Position numbers and translations under genes: made by a program. This document shows, in pieces, positions 1-13,460 of a stretch of 64,000 bases of DNA. The stretch comes from Podarcis erhardii (lineage: Eukaryota), in assembly GCA_964252035.1 (NCBI GenBank), contig OZ176212.1; one strand, given 5' to 3'. A model generated the notes under the pieces. That model was given only the letters and a program-made list of their open reading frames with translations, was not told the origin of the DNA and made no database searches. Within the stretch, counting starts at the first letter, position 1. Each line of letters opens with the position of its first letter.

Positions 1-241
1 CGAAAGCACGTCAAAGTGGAAGTAGATTAATAGGTACTGCTCCGGTGGGAAGGTAAACAGCATTTCCATGCGCTGTTCTGGTTTTGCCAGAAGTGGCTTA
101 GTCATGCTGGACACATGACCCGAAAAAACTGTCTGCGGACAAACGCCAGCTCCCTCGGCCTGTAAAGCGAGATGAGCGCCGCAACCCCAGAGTCGTTCGC
201 GACTGGACTTAACTGTCAGGGGTTCTTTACATTTACCTTTA
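1..241 (+). mobile_element. Sauria SINE, 3' part (cut by window edge)
   Basis: Matches the recalled Sauria SINE body (cgaaagcacgtcaaagtg...gagatgagcgccgcaaccccagagtc) and ends in a (ttaccttt)-type tail. Confidence 0.8.
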
Positions 242-939
242 AATCTCAGACTCCAAGTAATTTCAAAGTAAATTTAAATATATACAACACACAATAATAA
301 GCCACACCATTCTGTCTTCCACCTTGGCTCTTCTTTTCTCACCCACGGCAGAGCCCTTTCCCTGGTCTCAGTTACATCGTCACTAGCAGCCATTGATAGC
401 CCTACCCTGCATCCACATGCTTGCTGACAGTCAAAAAACTCTATTAGTGAGACATTTATTTCCTCCCCCAGTCAAGCCTCTATTCTTGCATGAGGTAGAC
501 ACTGTGATGTCTCCATTAATATTTTACTTAGTATTTTAAATGTCATGGTTTCAGAACAATATCAAAGTCCTTCCAGAAATTCCCACTGATGCCTGCTCTT
601 TTGCCTTTTTACACTGAAGAACTCATGCCCTTTCTCTCATTGAAAAGAGGGGTAGGCCCCAACAAATTGATACTTTGTTCCTTATAATCCCAACCCCAAT
701 ACCTTTTTGAATTCCATTAACTGAAAGAAATTATAACATCTCACTCACTAGTCCCATCTCATCAAACAGAAGTTCAACTATAACTGCCAAACTGCCTTTG
801 GCAGTCACCCTCAGACTGTGGAATAACCAGCCTCATATAAGCAATATGCTTAAGTCTAATTAATACACTACAGGGTTAAGACCATAGAATTCTCCTTTAG
901 TACCTATATTTTTGCTCGTATTCATTCAACTTGTTTTTA

Positions 940-1000
940 TTATTGCTTGTTAGCTGCCCTGAGCCTGGCCTTGGCTGGGGAGGGCGGGGTATAAATAAAA

Positions 1001-1044
<44 letters not shown>
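940..1044 (+). repeat. LINE-type 3' end with (ATT)n microsatellite tail
   Basis: agctgccctgagc...gggcggggtataaataaa followed by about 14 ATT units at 1001-1044. Confidence 0.6.
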
Positions 1045-1230
1045 CACCAACAGAAAACAAATATGTCTAGCCTCAGGGAGTGATGGGGGATAGGCAGGAC
1101 ATCTTGAGATGGTTGAAGGTTTTATGGGGATCCAATGGTGTAAGCCCCCTAGTATGGACTATTATTCATTGGAACACACAGGTTTGAAGGGCAAACTTCT
1201 ATGCACACTTACAAGGAAATAAGTCTTGTA

Positions 1231-1473
1231 CAGTCGTACCTTGGAAGTCAAACAGAATCTCTTCCAGAAGTCCACTCAACTTCCAAAACATTCGGAAACT
1301 AAAATGTGGCTTCTGATTGGCTGCAGAAAGCTCCAATCGGAAGCTGCAGAAGCCCCGTCGGACGTTCAGCTTCCAAAAATAGTTCGCAAACTGGAACAGT
1401 CACTTCTGGGTTTGCGGCGTTCAGGAGCCAAAACGTTTGAGAACTAAGCTGTTCAAAAACCAAGGTACGACTG
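1231..1473. mobile_element. Tc1/mariner-superfamily MITE
   Basis: 14-bp terminal inverted repeats CAGTCGTACCTTGG / CCAAGGTACGACTG, flanked by TA on both sides. Confidence 0.85.
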
Positions 1474-1617
1474 TATATAGTGGGACTTATGTCCAAGCAA
1501 GTGTGCATAGAATTTGACTAGGGATGTAAAAAGTTATTGATTTTCAGTCCATGTCGCATGCAGCGCTGTTCCTGTTCTGCTGCAGTTTGGCTTGCAACAA
1601 AAACGACATTATTAATG

Positions 1618-1784
1618 AGCTTTCGTGTGCATGCACACTTCTTCAGATACACTGAAGAAGCTTTCGTGTGCATGCACACGAAAGCTCATACCAAGAACTG
1701 ACTTAGTTGGTCTTTAAGGTGCTACTGGAAGGAATTTGTTTTGTTTTGACTATGGCAGACCAACACGGCTACCTATCTGTAACT
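1618..1784. mobile_element. Penelope-like element terminus with fold-back
   Basis: Same sequence as the element at 23.26-23.48 kb; 13-bp direct repeat gacattattaatg at 1605-1617 and 1785-1797 (TSD). Family name from recalled similarity. Confidence 0.6.
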
Positions 1785-4700
1785 GACATTATTAATGTCA
1801 CTGTTCACTGCAGCAGAATTTTATGTAATTAATTAATTAATTATTGTAATGCTATTACACTAGGGTTGCCATATTTAAAAAACCATGACACCTCAAAAGT
1901 TGTTGAGTGCCCGAAATTGTTGAGCGCCTGAAGTTGTTGAGCTTTTTTAAGGAAAAGCTCTACAGTTAATGCATTTTCAACATGATTTGACCCCTGTTGC
2001 CGATATGGCGGCCCTATTACACAACGTATCTCTGCAAAGGAAATTTTATGCAAATAGGGGAAAACATAAATTACGTAATGTTTGGACTGAAGACAAGAAC
2101 AGCAATGAATAGGAATTGTTTTTTCTGGATTGATTTGTTTTTTTGGACATGGGACAAATAAGCAGACATCAGTGATTGCAATTTCTGTTTCTATCAGTGT
2201 TCTCTGATATCCCTAGATGTGGTTGCACATAACCTTTCTCTGGGAAAATTGGTGAACGGCTTCTCTAGAATGCTGTTGGTTTGCTTCCTCAGCAACTGAG
2301 GGCAGAAGTGTGAGCACCTTAGCATGGACTTCTTCTCCACTGTGTTTCCCTCAGCTTCCCTCACCCCACCCCCACAATTTTCTTTACGCCAGCATTTTTT
2401 ATCATTCTTATTTTTTTATGCACATAGTTTGTGTTTTGTAGGTTGTTGTCTCTTGTGCTTGCTTCTAATTACTTTGATTCCCCCTAACCTAAGTAATTTC
2501 CCCCCTTGTAATGTTATGCTATGGCACTTTTCACATTCAGTGTAAGATTCTGCTACCTTCTAATGTGTAGATTCTCTAGTTCCTGATTATCTTTAATGTT
2601 GAAGCTGGCTGAAAGTAAAATAGGTTAGATGAGTACATTTGCAGAAGAGCACCAGTTGGTGTAGAAGTAGTTAAGCAGTCCTCCTTCCCTCATGTTGATT
2701 CTCCCCTGTGAGTGCCCCTACCCTAATATTCTTTGTTACATCAGTAAACATTGTGCTGGGAACAAATATTTACTAGTATAAAGTGTTATTTGGGCTTGAA
2801 ACATCAACATGGAAACTGGCACACATGCTCAGATAACAGCCTGCATTTAAATGATGAATCCGAACTTGATCCCTGCCCCCATGTTTCAGGGGAACAGGAA
2901 GTATGCAAAAGAGAATACAATATAGTATCTGCCATGAGGACTGATATATTGGCATGGAAGTTTATATGTTTGCTCAAGATAACATTTTAGAATTTTATTG
3001 CAGCTTAAAAACTGAGAAATTTATTATGGTATAAGTATCTGTGGTCTAAATACATGTGTTGTCATATTTAGTTGGTAGGTACATACATGTGAGTGTAGAG
3101 TGAGAAAATAGTAAACAGTACAGTCAGATGATTAAATGCAGAAAGTAAAAAAATTGAGACAATTCAATTAACTGACCATTCACAGCAGTAGTAATTAAGG
3201 GCAGGAATTGTGTGCAATACAATACTGTACCTCTTTACAGACTGAGAGGTCATAGAGAAACAAGGTATATAATTTACAACATGATTCTCTGTTTGAAGTT
3301 CAAATATTCAGAGGCTGATACCATTGTTAATGATATATAGGTTCTGGACAAGTTTGTCAAGCTGCGTTTGATTTCCATATGCAAGACCTCTCAACACTGT
3401 GCTTTATTAGTGATAATAATGATGTATCTAAAAAAGGCAACAAATAAATTCCTCCTTAAGTTTCTAGTGCTTAGTCGTTCAGATAATGCTCCTTAGGTTT
3501 AGCTACTTACTGCAGCTTCTTCAAAAGAATTATTACCATCCTATTCCATGGTTACTTATCCCCTGTAACTGGATTTAGGGATGGGAAAACTGCAGGAGGT
3601 TTCCCTAGTAAGACAACCCTAAGTATTTAATTGTGTTTCCTCCCATTTTGATTAATCATTAAATAAAAAAATCAAGAATGATTTGGGAACAGAACAAGAA
3701 TCACAGAGACATATTGAGAAAAGTCAAATAATATTCTTTATAACAATGCAATTTTTAAAAATTCGTACCAGCATTAACTACATGTCTCTAATTTTGCATG
3801 AGAATATGTAAAATCAGGTAGCAGAAATTCTGTAAACAGGCAGTTTAAAAACACACTATTGCTGCTAAGAAACACTTTACAAGGGACTACACTGCATGTG
3901 TGTCTTCTAAATCTGAGTAAGTGCAGTAAAGCAGCAACTTCTGGCCTGGAAGCTCTGGTAATATGGAGTGACGCCTCAAAGAGAGGTGCCTCCAAACCCT
4001 TTTGTTCCCCTGAGCTTGAGAAGGGGATCAGTGCCAGACAGCATGACACAAACTGAGATTTCACTATTCTACTTCAAGTATCCATAAGTTAAATATGAAT
4101 TTGAGGCAGATGCCTATGGCTTTAGTGCTTATCCTGCAAATGCACATGCAGGAACAGAGGCTGGCAACTATTATGTACATGCTTACCTGTGCGTAAGGCC
4201 CATTGCACTTACTTTTGACTATAGGATTGAGCTGCATGGCAATAATCTGGTGTGCCTTCTGCCATTTCATATGCTGTAGATGGGGTGGTCAATCTACAGG
4301 TTTACAGGTGCTGTAAACACCTTTAAAAAAACTTTTAAATAGTGTGGCTAGATTCAAGCTTTTTGGGTTGTTTAAAAACCAAAGCACTGCTTCCCTTCTC
4401 CATAAGCTCTGATAAACAACTATCCAACCAAGTAGTCTCCAACAACTAAGTATATCTTCACTACTTGTGATAGATTAATGAAATATTAATAATTTGGATC
4501 CAAGGAAAGGAGGCTCCTTGAGAAATTGCACCAGTATTTCAACAACTTTCACCCATCATCAAATGGAGACCAGACCAGTCCACACAGTAGGCTGACTTTC
4601 TGGACACCACTGTCAGTGCAGCACAAGCCAAACAGAAGAAGTAAGGCATCCTTTAGGGCAAAGATAGGGAATCTCAGGCTGTTGGCCAAAAGTGGCTCTC

Positions 4701-6299
4701 TGTGCTTCTCTGTGTGGCCCTTGAGACTCTCCCCAAGTTACAGCTCTCACTGGCCCTGCTTTACACCCTCCTTGAGTGTTGTTACTCATAGTTGGCCCAC
4801 CCATGAGGCAGAGGGCCACCTCAGGCAGTAGAAGTGCAAGAGGCAACATCCCACCCGCCTGCCGCACCACTTCTACTGCCAGAACTCCCCCCACTTGGCA
4901 GGTGTCAGCAAGGGGGGAAGGTGATCCAGTGGCACGGGTTGGCACATTCATGTTTCTCCTCAGGTGGTGAGATGGGATGGGCCTTCCTTGTTGTTACCTG
5001 ACTGGAATGTGTCCTTGAACTGTGATGTTGCCTTTTGGTTGCCTGGATGAAGGAGAGAGGAGGAGGTGGTGGTGGGTGTTTGTGTAGAAACTAGTCTACC
5101 CTACAAAGGTTAAATTCACATTAGTTGTTCTGTGCACCCTTGCTTCTGACCATGTTTGTATCCCCTTTGGCCTGGCCCACAGTATAGGAAGCAAAGCAAA
5201 GCCTCCGTCAACAAGTAACAGCATAAAGGAGGAGGGGTGCTCAGGTAGCAATCCTTGATGCAAGAATAGTACATGTGTTCCTATTTTAATGTGTGTAATG
5301 TTGAAAGGTATGATAGATACTAAATTCTGAACGATTAATAAAAAGTAATGTCTGTGACATTGGCATTCCCAGGAATTCTTGCCCTCGCTGCTTTGTTCCC
5401 TCTAGTCCTTAATTTTGCTGCCAATCCCCGCTCCAAAATGCATTTCCCTTTAAAAAAGCAACAACCCCAATACACCAGGATAGTAACATTGGACTACCAT
5501 TCAGGGTTGTTGTATACTTTCTCCTCTCTCAGCAACTTTCTCCTCTCCCAGCAAGAGGCATATAACAGTTGCAGTTGGTTACTTTGCAGAACTGGCGTAA
5601 CTCACTCTCCCAGCCACAGCCCTGCCCTCTGCAGTATGGGCATAATAATGATGAATTGTCTCTATGTATGTATTGACAGAGTGTTTTTTAAAAGATTACA
5701 AACTGGGGAGGGGGAAAATCTAATTAAGATCCACATTAGAAATATATTGTCTTTGCTATTACCTTTTGTTTTGGGTTGGCACACTACTTCCCAGTCACAG
5801 TGATACTAAAATTCTGGATAAATGAGTTGTTTTTTATGGGGAAATCACTTCTCCACAGGGAAGAACAGTAGAAAATGCTTAAAAGCAAACGAAGATTTTT
5901 TTCTCTCTAGAGTCTTCTAGGCAGTTGGTCTTCTAGCCTGCTCTTTGTTTAGCTGGCAAGATTTGCTTTCCCAAATGTCAGTCATTACTATGACCTCATT
6001 TATTGGCTAAAAATGCAGACAGATGGGAGAGGCTAGTTCCTCACAAAACAAAAATGCTTCATATTCCTGATTCTACAAGTGCTGGGATCTTTCATTTTTA
6101 AAAAGTAAGATTGGGAATCTGGGGATTATGGCTAATGAGGGAGCAATGCGCCCCCTTGCGGACCCCCATGGTATATACCTAAGTGTAAACATGCGTGTTC
6201 TGAGAGAAGGGATGTTAAAAAACGCTTTCCAGTATGACTTCAGAGTGGGTCACCACACTCTTAATTATAGCACTATAACAAACCCTGCTTTGTCTGTAA

Positions 6300-7060
6300 T
6301 CTTGCTGCGCTGACCTTGTGTCCCATGCGCTATAAAGAACGGTAACTATTATTATTTGATAAATAGCGCTCACGCCGGCGCGGCTCCAAAAGGAGGATTT
6401 TTTGTGTGTTTTTGTTTAAACCCGGCTTTTCCAAAGAAGACAAAGAACACATTGGGAGTCGGTGTAAAGCCTCCACGCATGCGCCTACGGTCGTAGGGAG
6501 GTGTCTGAAAGATGAGACGGGCGGGCATTGTGCGCGTGCGTGGGAGAGCCATCTCGGGCAGCCTTTCATTGTGGGAGCAACCTTATTTCTCGAGGAGCTG
6601 GGAGGGCCCTTGCGAGCGCGCATATACGAGTTCTTCTTGGGAAGGTTCCGGAGCCTGTGCGCGCTCCCGTCGCTAGATAGGCGCGTTCTCTTTCTGTCTG
6701 TCTCTCCCTCTTTCCTGTCACTCCCCCTCCTCCCGGCTTTGGTGAGCGAGACTTTCCAGAGAGCTCTCCCTGCAGCAGCATTAGCAGCCGCAGCGCCAGG
6801 TAGGGTTTCCCAGCACGGTGCGATCTGCTCTTAGGAGAGCAGCTGCACCGAGGGCCTTCAGACTTTGCAAACCTTTGGGTGGTGGGGATGGACGGGCGGG
6901 GGTGCGTTAGGCGTACAGGTGCGTACGGTTACGCAGTGAATGCGCTTGCAGTGGCTGGAGGGAGAGGCGCCGCGCCATACAATATAGCTTTGGATCCGAT
7001 GGCTTCAGTACGCGGCGTAATTCCGTTTGCATATGATGTCGGTAGATCTCTTAATGCTCT
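6300..7060 (+). promoter_or_regulatory. MAPT: CpG island, probable MAPT promoter
   Basis: Local CpG/GC enrichment in an AT-rich, CpG-poor background; NRF1-like motifs (ACGCATGCGC at ~6475-6484, TGCGCGTGCG at ~6531-6540); lies ~21 kb upstream of the first coding exon, matching the mammalian exon 0 / long intron 0 layout. Confidence 0.75.
6650..6799 (+). other. MAPT: Putative non-coding exon 0 of MAPT (start approximate)
   Basis: Donor CCAG|GTAGGG at 6799/6800 inside the CpG island; a second possible donor TTG|GTGAGC at 6741/6742. The TSS cannot be determined from sequence. Confidence 0.5.
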
Positions 7061-10000
7061 CTTCACAGTTATACAACTCTCCTAATTTTCAGCAATCTGA
7101 ACAGCATTCATCTCTTCTCCTTTAACCACACCCCTGCCTCTGAAAAGAGGAGCCCTATTGCAAAGAAATACGCACTCGCCACCTGCCAGCGCGTGTGGCA
7201 GTACAAATACGTTATTTTCCTCCCTGGTCTATTGTAGCTTTATTAGGGCTCCTTTCTATCATCATTCAGTGGAGAGGCTTGTAATCGTAATGCAAAATGG
7301 GGCAGTAGGGGTGTGTCTCTTAGGATCTCAAGGGTAGGCTTAATTGTATGTATCTCTTTATAAATATTTTGCAACAACGACATCTACTTTTATTCTTTTT
7401 TTTAAAAAAAATAACATTCTATAGTAATAAGTTGCTTGGAATGCAGTTTTTGCTTGTTTTTGGCAATTTGAGGCACACTTTCTTTTTTCTTTTTAAAAAA
7501 CACCCATATGTAACATTTTATTTTATCATTTAACAAATGATCTGCTAACTTCATTTGGAATTATAGGTGAATTTTAAGGAACCCCTTTTTTGACCCTGTT
7601 AACTCTCATTTCCCCCCATCTCTTGTCTCTGATAGGTTTGGTTTCCTGCTTGGGAGACTGGTTTTGATTGTGAGGGTGATGGCGAATGATAGGCTGTTGG
7701 TGCTGCAGTAGGTGTGGATCTTGGAGAGAGAAAAAGGGTGGGCTCTCCTTCATATCAGTGGTGCCATGTTTTGCAGTCCATGTCATATTTCTAGTATTGC
7801 TTAGATAATTATGATGTTGGGGAAAATAGCCTAAGAAAGGAAAATGTTTTCTGTGTTAGCATTTTTTTTCCATTGTGGAAATCTGAGATAGGGTAAATGA
7901 CCTGCACAGTACTCTTTTCTAAGAGCTGAGTTGCTTTGTTCCTCTATATGGGTCAGTATTATGGGATTTATATTTAGGATTCTTAATTCTTGGGTGTAAC
8001 AGTAGCACAAGACTGGTGAGTTGAAAGAGAATGAAAATGACTTTCCCCCTTCTCCATGCTTATTATGTTAATAGTTACTGTTCGGAGCAGAAATCTAACA
8101 GGGAGATAGATGATTCCTGATCAAGATGTGGTGGAGAGCTGGGGGGGGGGGGCGCACACAGCTTTATAGAGAATCATAGTCACCCAAAGATTCCAGCTTG
8201 ATTATTCTGTGCATTCATTGTTTTTCTCTCTGTCTCAGATGGTTTTCTCTGAGAGAAAAATGGATCTGAGTGTAATAGCAGCAGCTGGTCACGCCCCTGT
8301 TAGGCTAGAATACATGGATGCAAAGTGCAGTTCTCATTGGGTAAAGACTGTGGTATGCTCCTGTAGTTTTGGGTGGGGATAGAGAGGAAAAAACCCTTTT
8401 GTCTACCAGCAGAATTGGCATTAAAATAGATGCCTTGCTAGAATGAATATAGAAACACATTTTTATTATGGATTTTCCCCGTAATTGATGCTGCATCTTC
8501 CATTTTTTTTTAGTGGGGATAATTGGTCATTGTAATGTGCAAATAAACTACTATATTGGTAAGTAATGCCACTGATTTGTCAGCAAGGGCTGCATGGTTA
8601 GGCTGGTGAGATCATAGAATTCTAGGGTAAAAAAGATTCCTGGCATTGTCCATATATTTATTCAGCCTTTTAAATAGTCAATGTATGTGCTATAACTTCC
8701 CTAATCCATGGTTGCTAATTTATAGTTCTTTAGACTGTTTAAATCATTTGCATATGATGTCATTAATTCTTAAAACAATCCTGTATGGTAGGTTAGTTTA
8801 TTGTCCCTATGCTACAGGTGGGAATTGGGGATGAGGGACTGACTGGTCTCTGAGTTCATAGCTGAGGTGAGATTTGAAGAAGGAACTTCTTGGCCACTAC
8901 ACCAGCTCTCTAATACATTATTTATTAATTCTTTCTATTCTACTTCAGTCATGAATGAAAGCATAGCATTTGAACATATTTGGTGGTAATCCCTTTAGAT
9001 GCATTGCAAAGCTTTAATTTTATGGTTATAAGAAAAGAGCTCTGTCTCTAGGATCTGGTACTGGAGTTAGCCAGATTTTGGTCTTGCATCATCCTTGCAT
9101 TTCACTTAATGTTTTAGAAGAAATTTAGGGAAATTCCTGCCACTAGCTAATACAGGTATTTTAGCTGGAGAAACTCTTATTTCTTGGGTTGTTTGGAACC
9201 AAGGAAAAAGCTGATGTGGCCATCAGGTTTCCCCCTAGTTCCTTCTAACTGGTGTGTGTCTGAGCATTCCAGTAGATGTATTTGTGGTTGCAGTGCCAAG
9301 AGGCAGAGACAACCTCACCAGTGCAAAGCAGAGCAATACTATCATGTTTATTTGGAAGGAAGTTCCACTGTGTTCAGTGAGGTACTATTAGTGCTAAGTA
9401 TGTTTAGGGTTCCAACCTAATTTGCACAAGAAACTCAACTGAAGTTACCACTATACTTATGAAACATTACTTTCAAGCATCATTCCTAAATACATCAAAT
9501 TCAAAGACAACATGGGTTTTCCACACTTGCACCAAGTTGTTTGCATGATTTCAATGTATTATAAGTAGAAACCCATTTCCCTGTATCGCCCACCGCAAAA
9601 GCCAACAAGAAGAAGGTAGGTATATTGTATCTTGACTGAGAGTTCCATTCCCTGTAAAGAAGAGTTCTCATAGCTCATACTTTCGAAGTAAGGTAGAGGT
9701 ATATGCATGCACATAACGCCCTCCTCAATATGTCAACACCAAATTGTTTTAAACTAATTTTATCATTAAAATATATTTAAAATGCATACCTTGAGGTATG
9801 CCATTTTTATTTTGCTGATCTGCATATATTGTATCTTGTGCAGCCTACCAAATTTAAGGCCCAATATTTCTCCAGGAAAAAACACATTTGTTTGATAGTC
9901 TCTTTGTGCTGGGGTGTGTGTGCAGATTTCATGCAGAACAGCAGCACACGAGGAAATAAACCGCAAAAGTTGCTGCAGAAAATTATATAATTCACAAACT

Positions 10001-12559
10001 TACTCTACTTTTTTATTATGCCTGATGCATTTTTGAGTGTGAACATACTCTTGATCAGAAGCAGCTATTAAAAAACAAAACAAAACTTCATATTTCAGAA
10101 AATACTTCATAAACTTAGCAGCCTCCTCATACCTTTTTTTTTTGTGTGTAAAAGAGTGATCATTGCATGCTATTGTAAATGTATGCCTTGAATAATGTTC
10201 TTCTTTAAAAAAAAGTGTTATGTCCAGGATCTTAAAGCTGAATGGAACAGAGGGTTAAAGTATTCCATTCAGCTCTGTCAGTCGAAAGTTGCATGTATAT
10301 GCAGTGTTTCGTTAGATTTAAAATTGAGAGTGATACAACAAAAAATCATGTTTCCATATGCTGGACATCACAGTGCTCTTACAGGAAGAGATTTGTTAGT
10401 TAGATGTTGGCAGTGTAATGCTGAAAATTCCTCTTTATGATGTGGGCATGTCCTGTAATGGTTTCTTTCTTGTCAGAAGTTACTGCTCATATCAACTTTG
10501 TTTTGAGAAAATCATTAATATTTGCACTCATAAATTATATTGAACTAACCGAATGACAACAAAAGTGAGTTCTATGAGTCAGTCCTTTTGGTGTCTAAGA
10601 GACTTAAACTGCAAGGTTGGAAGGACAAACATCTACCATCTATCACCCAATGGATTGAAGATCTCACTGCCCTTTCTGTATTTGAACACGTGGATTGTAA
10701 TAATTAGTTTAGATACCTATTTGGACTGTCTTTATTAATAATGTACATATAAGTACTGTACATATAAACCAGGATTGGTGGAATATACTTACTGTTATTA
10801 TCAGCTGGCAATGGGGTTTTTTAATTATTAGGTTTTATTTGCTTTTCTTCTCTCTGCTATATTTCTAAATATAGGAATGTCTTTAAAAAAAACCTAACCT
10901 GCCTCCTTAAATCAGCATTGACAGTTTCATTAATTCTGTATGGGTGTGCCAACTTAGTGGGTTGTAGCCAGCTATGTTCTACTCAGAGTAGACCCAATAA
11001 AATTACTAGACCAAAGTTAATAATGACCATTACTTTAAATAGTTCTATTCTATGTTGGATACAACCTGATATAAGCCATTGTTTCTGTTATCAAGACATG
11101 ACTTCAGAGACTCCTACTTATTCTTAAAAAGAGACAAGAACATTTTAGTTATCTGTAAAGATTATTGTGATGGGAAGGAACCTTAGGTGGTAGAGTCCAT
11201 GTTGGGATGTAGAAAGTCCTAGGTCCAGTCCCTAGTATCTCCAGCTAAAATATCTGGTAGGAGGTCATGTGGAAGATCTATCTGCTTAAGACCTGGACAG
11301 TTGCTGGATGAACAAATCTGAGTTGACAGGTAGCTTCCCTGTGGTTTTAATGCAATGGTTTTAAGCAACAGCAGAGACCTTGAACTTGTAGATCTTCAGT
11401 GTGTCTTCTGAATGAGGAGCTTTTTATCTTTTAGAAAGAAGCTTCTAAGAAAGTCATTACAAGAACCTTTTATGCAATCTCCTTCGGGAGTTTGCTCCAA
11501 GCTTGCATTTTATCCTAAGATCCAAAAAGCCACAACTGGTCTTAAACTGTAGAGTAAACTCTAAAACACATGCAAGGAGGTTGAAAAGGAAAAATGGGCC
11601 TAGAATTACTTGTTTTAGAAGAACTTACTGTATAAATTTCTTCCTATCACTGTCAAAACTAATTCATTCCTTAGAAGAAACATGGTTCTGAACTAAAGAA
11701 TAGGAATACCAGACTCTTAATTCAGCACTTTAAGGGTGAACTGTATAGTTTTAGAAGGCACTATGGATCCAAAGACAAAACTGGCGGTTATAAAATGATA
11801 GTTAGAAAATGCTCAGTCATTGATTCAAGTGAACAAATTTGTCAGTCCTAGACTTGTATATGGATCAGAATGCAGCTATTAAACTGCATACTTCTTCAAA
11901 TTTTGCCTTTCAGTTTTAGTTAAAAATGCATAGAAAAATGTCTTTTCTTGGGAAATGCATTGAGAAGTATAAAAAATGCATGTGTACATTTTATACATTT
12001 TTTTAAAAAACAGAACAGGAAAGACTTATTGAATGTATTGAGTGGATGTGAAACTGATACAGAATGGAAGTATTTGCCCATTCCTACTTGTGCACCCTGA
12101 TTCATTTTTTAAAATTCTTATAGCTTATGACAAGGATGCTAAATAGCATAAAACACTGGAGCTACTACATGTTATAAAACAAATGAGAACACGTGTTCTG
12201 CGGTCTACAAGGTTATAGGAAAATGTTTGTCTAACTGTGTTTACCGTATATATAGTTTCCTCAAGGAAAAAAGTTCTTGTAGTGAGTACATTCCTGGCAA
12301 TAATTCTGATCTTTTTAAATTTAACACTTTTAATGCTGTGCATCAACTTTGGACATATAGATATGTCCAGTTGTATTCAAGTTGCATGCTGGCTGATCTG
12401 ATGTTCAGCCTACACCATTACCAAGACCACAAAGGAAAAATCTTATTTAAATTTTGAGGTATTTCTACCCCACACTTCAATAAAATTGGCTTACAAAACG
12501 TAAAAACACAATAAAACATATTAAAAGCATATGGAGCTGTATTAAAACCAGTAAATCAC

Positions 12560-13460
12560 TAGAAGCAGCATAAAAACAACAAATCCAGTTAACGGGTCAA
12601 ATTGAATTGCAAAGCCTGAAAAGATAAATATCTATCTTATTTGGTGCTGAAATGAGTTTTCAGTGGTGGTGCCCTGATTTTATAATGCTCTTCCTGGGAA
12701 GGCCCTTTCTCTGGTAGCCATCTGCACCTCAAGTGGTGGAAGAACTTAAAGAGCCTTGCCTAGTGTACGTACAGGAACATGTTAATACAATCCTTTGGGT
12801 ATCCTAGTGCCAAGCCATGAAGGATAAAAACTAGCACTTGAGAACTGAACCTGGAAATGAATTGAGAGTCTGTGCAGTTGATGGAGCACTAGTATAATTT
12901 TATAATGCCTGGTCTTTGTTATTTAGCAGCTATTGTCTAAACTAACTTGTGATTCTGAACTGTCTTCAGAGGCAACCAAATGTATACTAGATAACAGTAG
13001 TTTAACCTGGCCATCACTGGAGCATGAGACCTGAGACCTAGCTTTCTTGATAGGTACGCAGCTGACAAAGCAGCTTAAGCTTCTAGAAGGTGCTTTCTGC
13101 CAATATGGAAATGTGATTGAGATGGTTTAAGAAGCACTCTGAGACTGCAGGCCTATTCCTTTGGAGACACTACAACTCTGTCCAAAACAGGATGAACATC
13201 ATTTACCTGAGCAGATTTGCACCTATGTATTCTTTGTCTTCATCCTGCCAGTTTCTATTCTCAACCATCAGTTATGCTGGGTGTGATCTGCATATTGATG
13301 GTACCTAACTCCAAATCTTCTTGTGTTCTCTTTGCTGATACTGTCCAAGTCCAGTAAATAATTTCCTACACTCCACTGCCAGAAATACCGGTATATCTTT
13401 AGAAAGGCTTTGGAACAAAGTCTTACTTGCTTAACCTGAGAAAATGAACCTTGGACCATG
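12560..13460 (-). mobile_element. Degenerate L2/CR1-like LINE fragment
   Basis: Minus-strand translation ...RRFGVRYHQYADHTQ resembles the L2/CR1 RT YADD region; boundaries approximate. Confidence 0.5.

Noticed and set aside
5348-5803. 151-aa ORF upstream of the promoter, and the 135-aa ORF at 13451..13858
   Set aside because: No recognisable domain or splice context; intron-like composition.
6406-6834. 142-aa ORF in the CpG island
   Set aside because: GC-rich chance ORF with no homology I recognise; it overlaps the promoter and exon 0.
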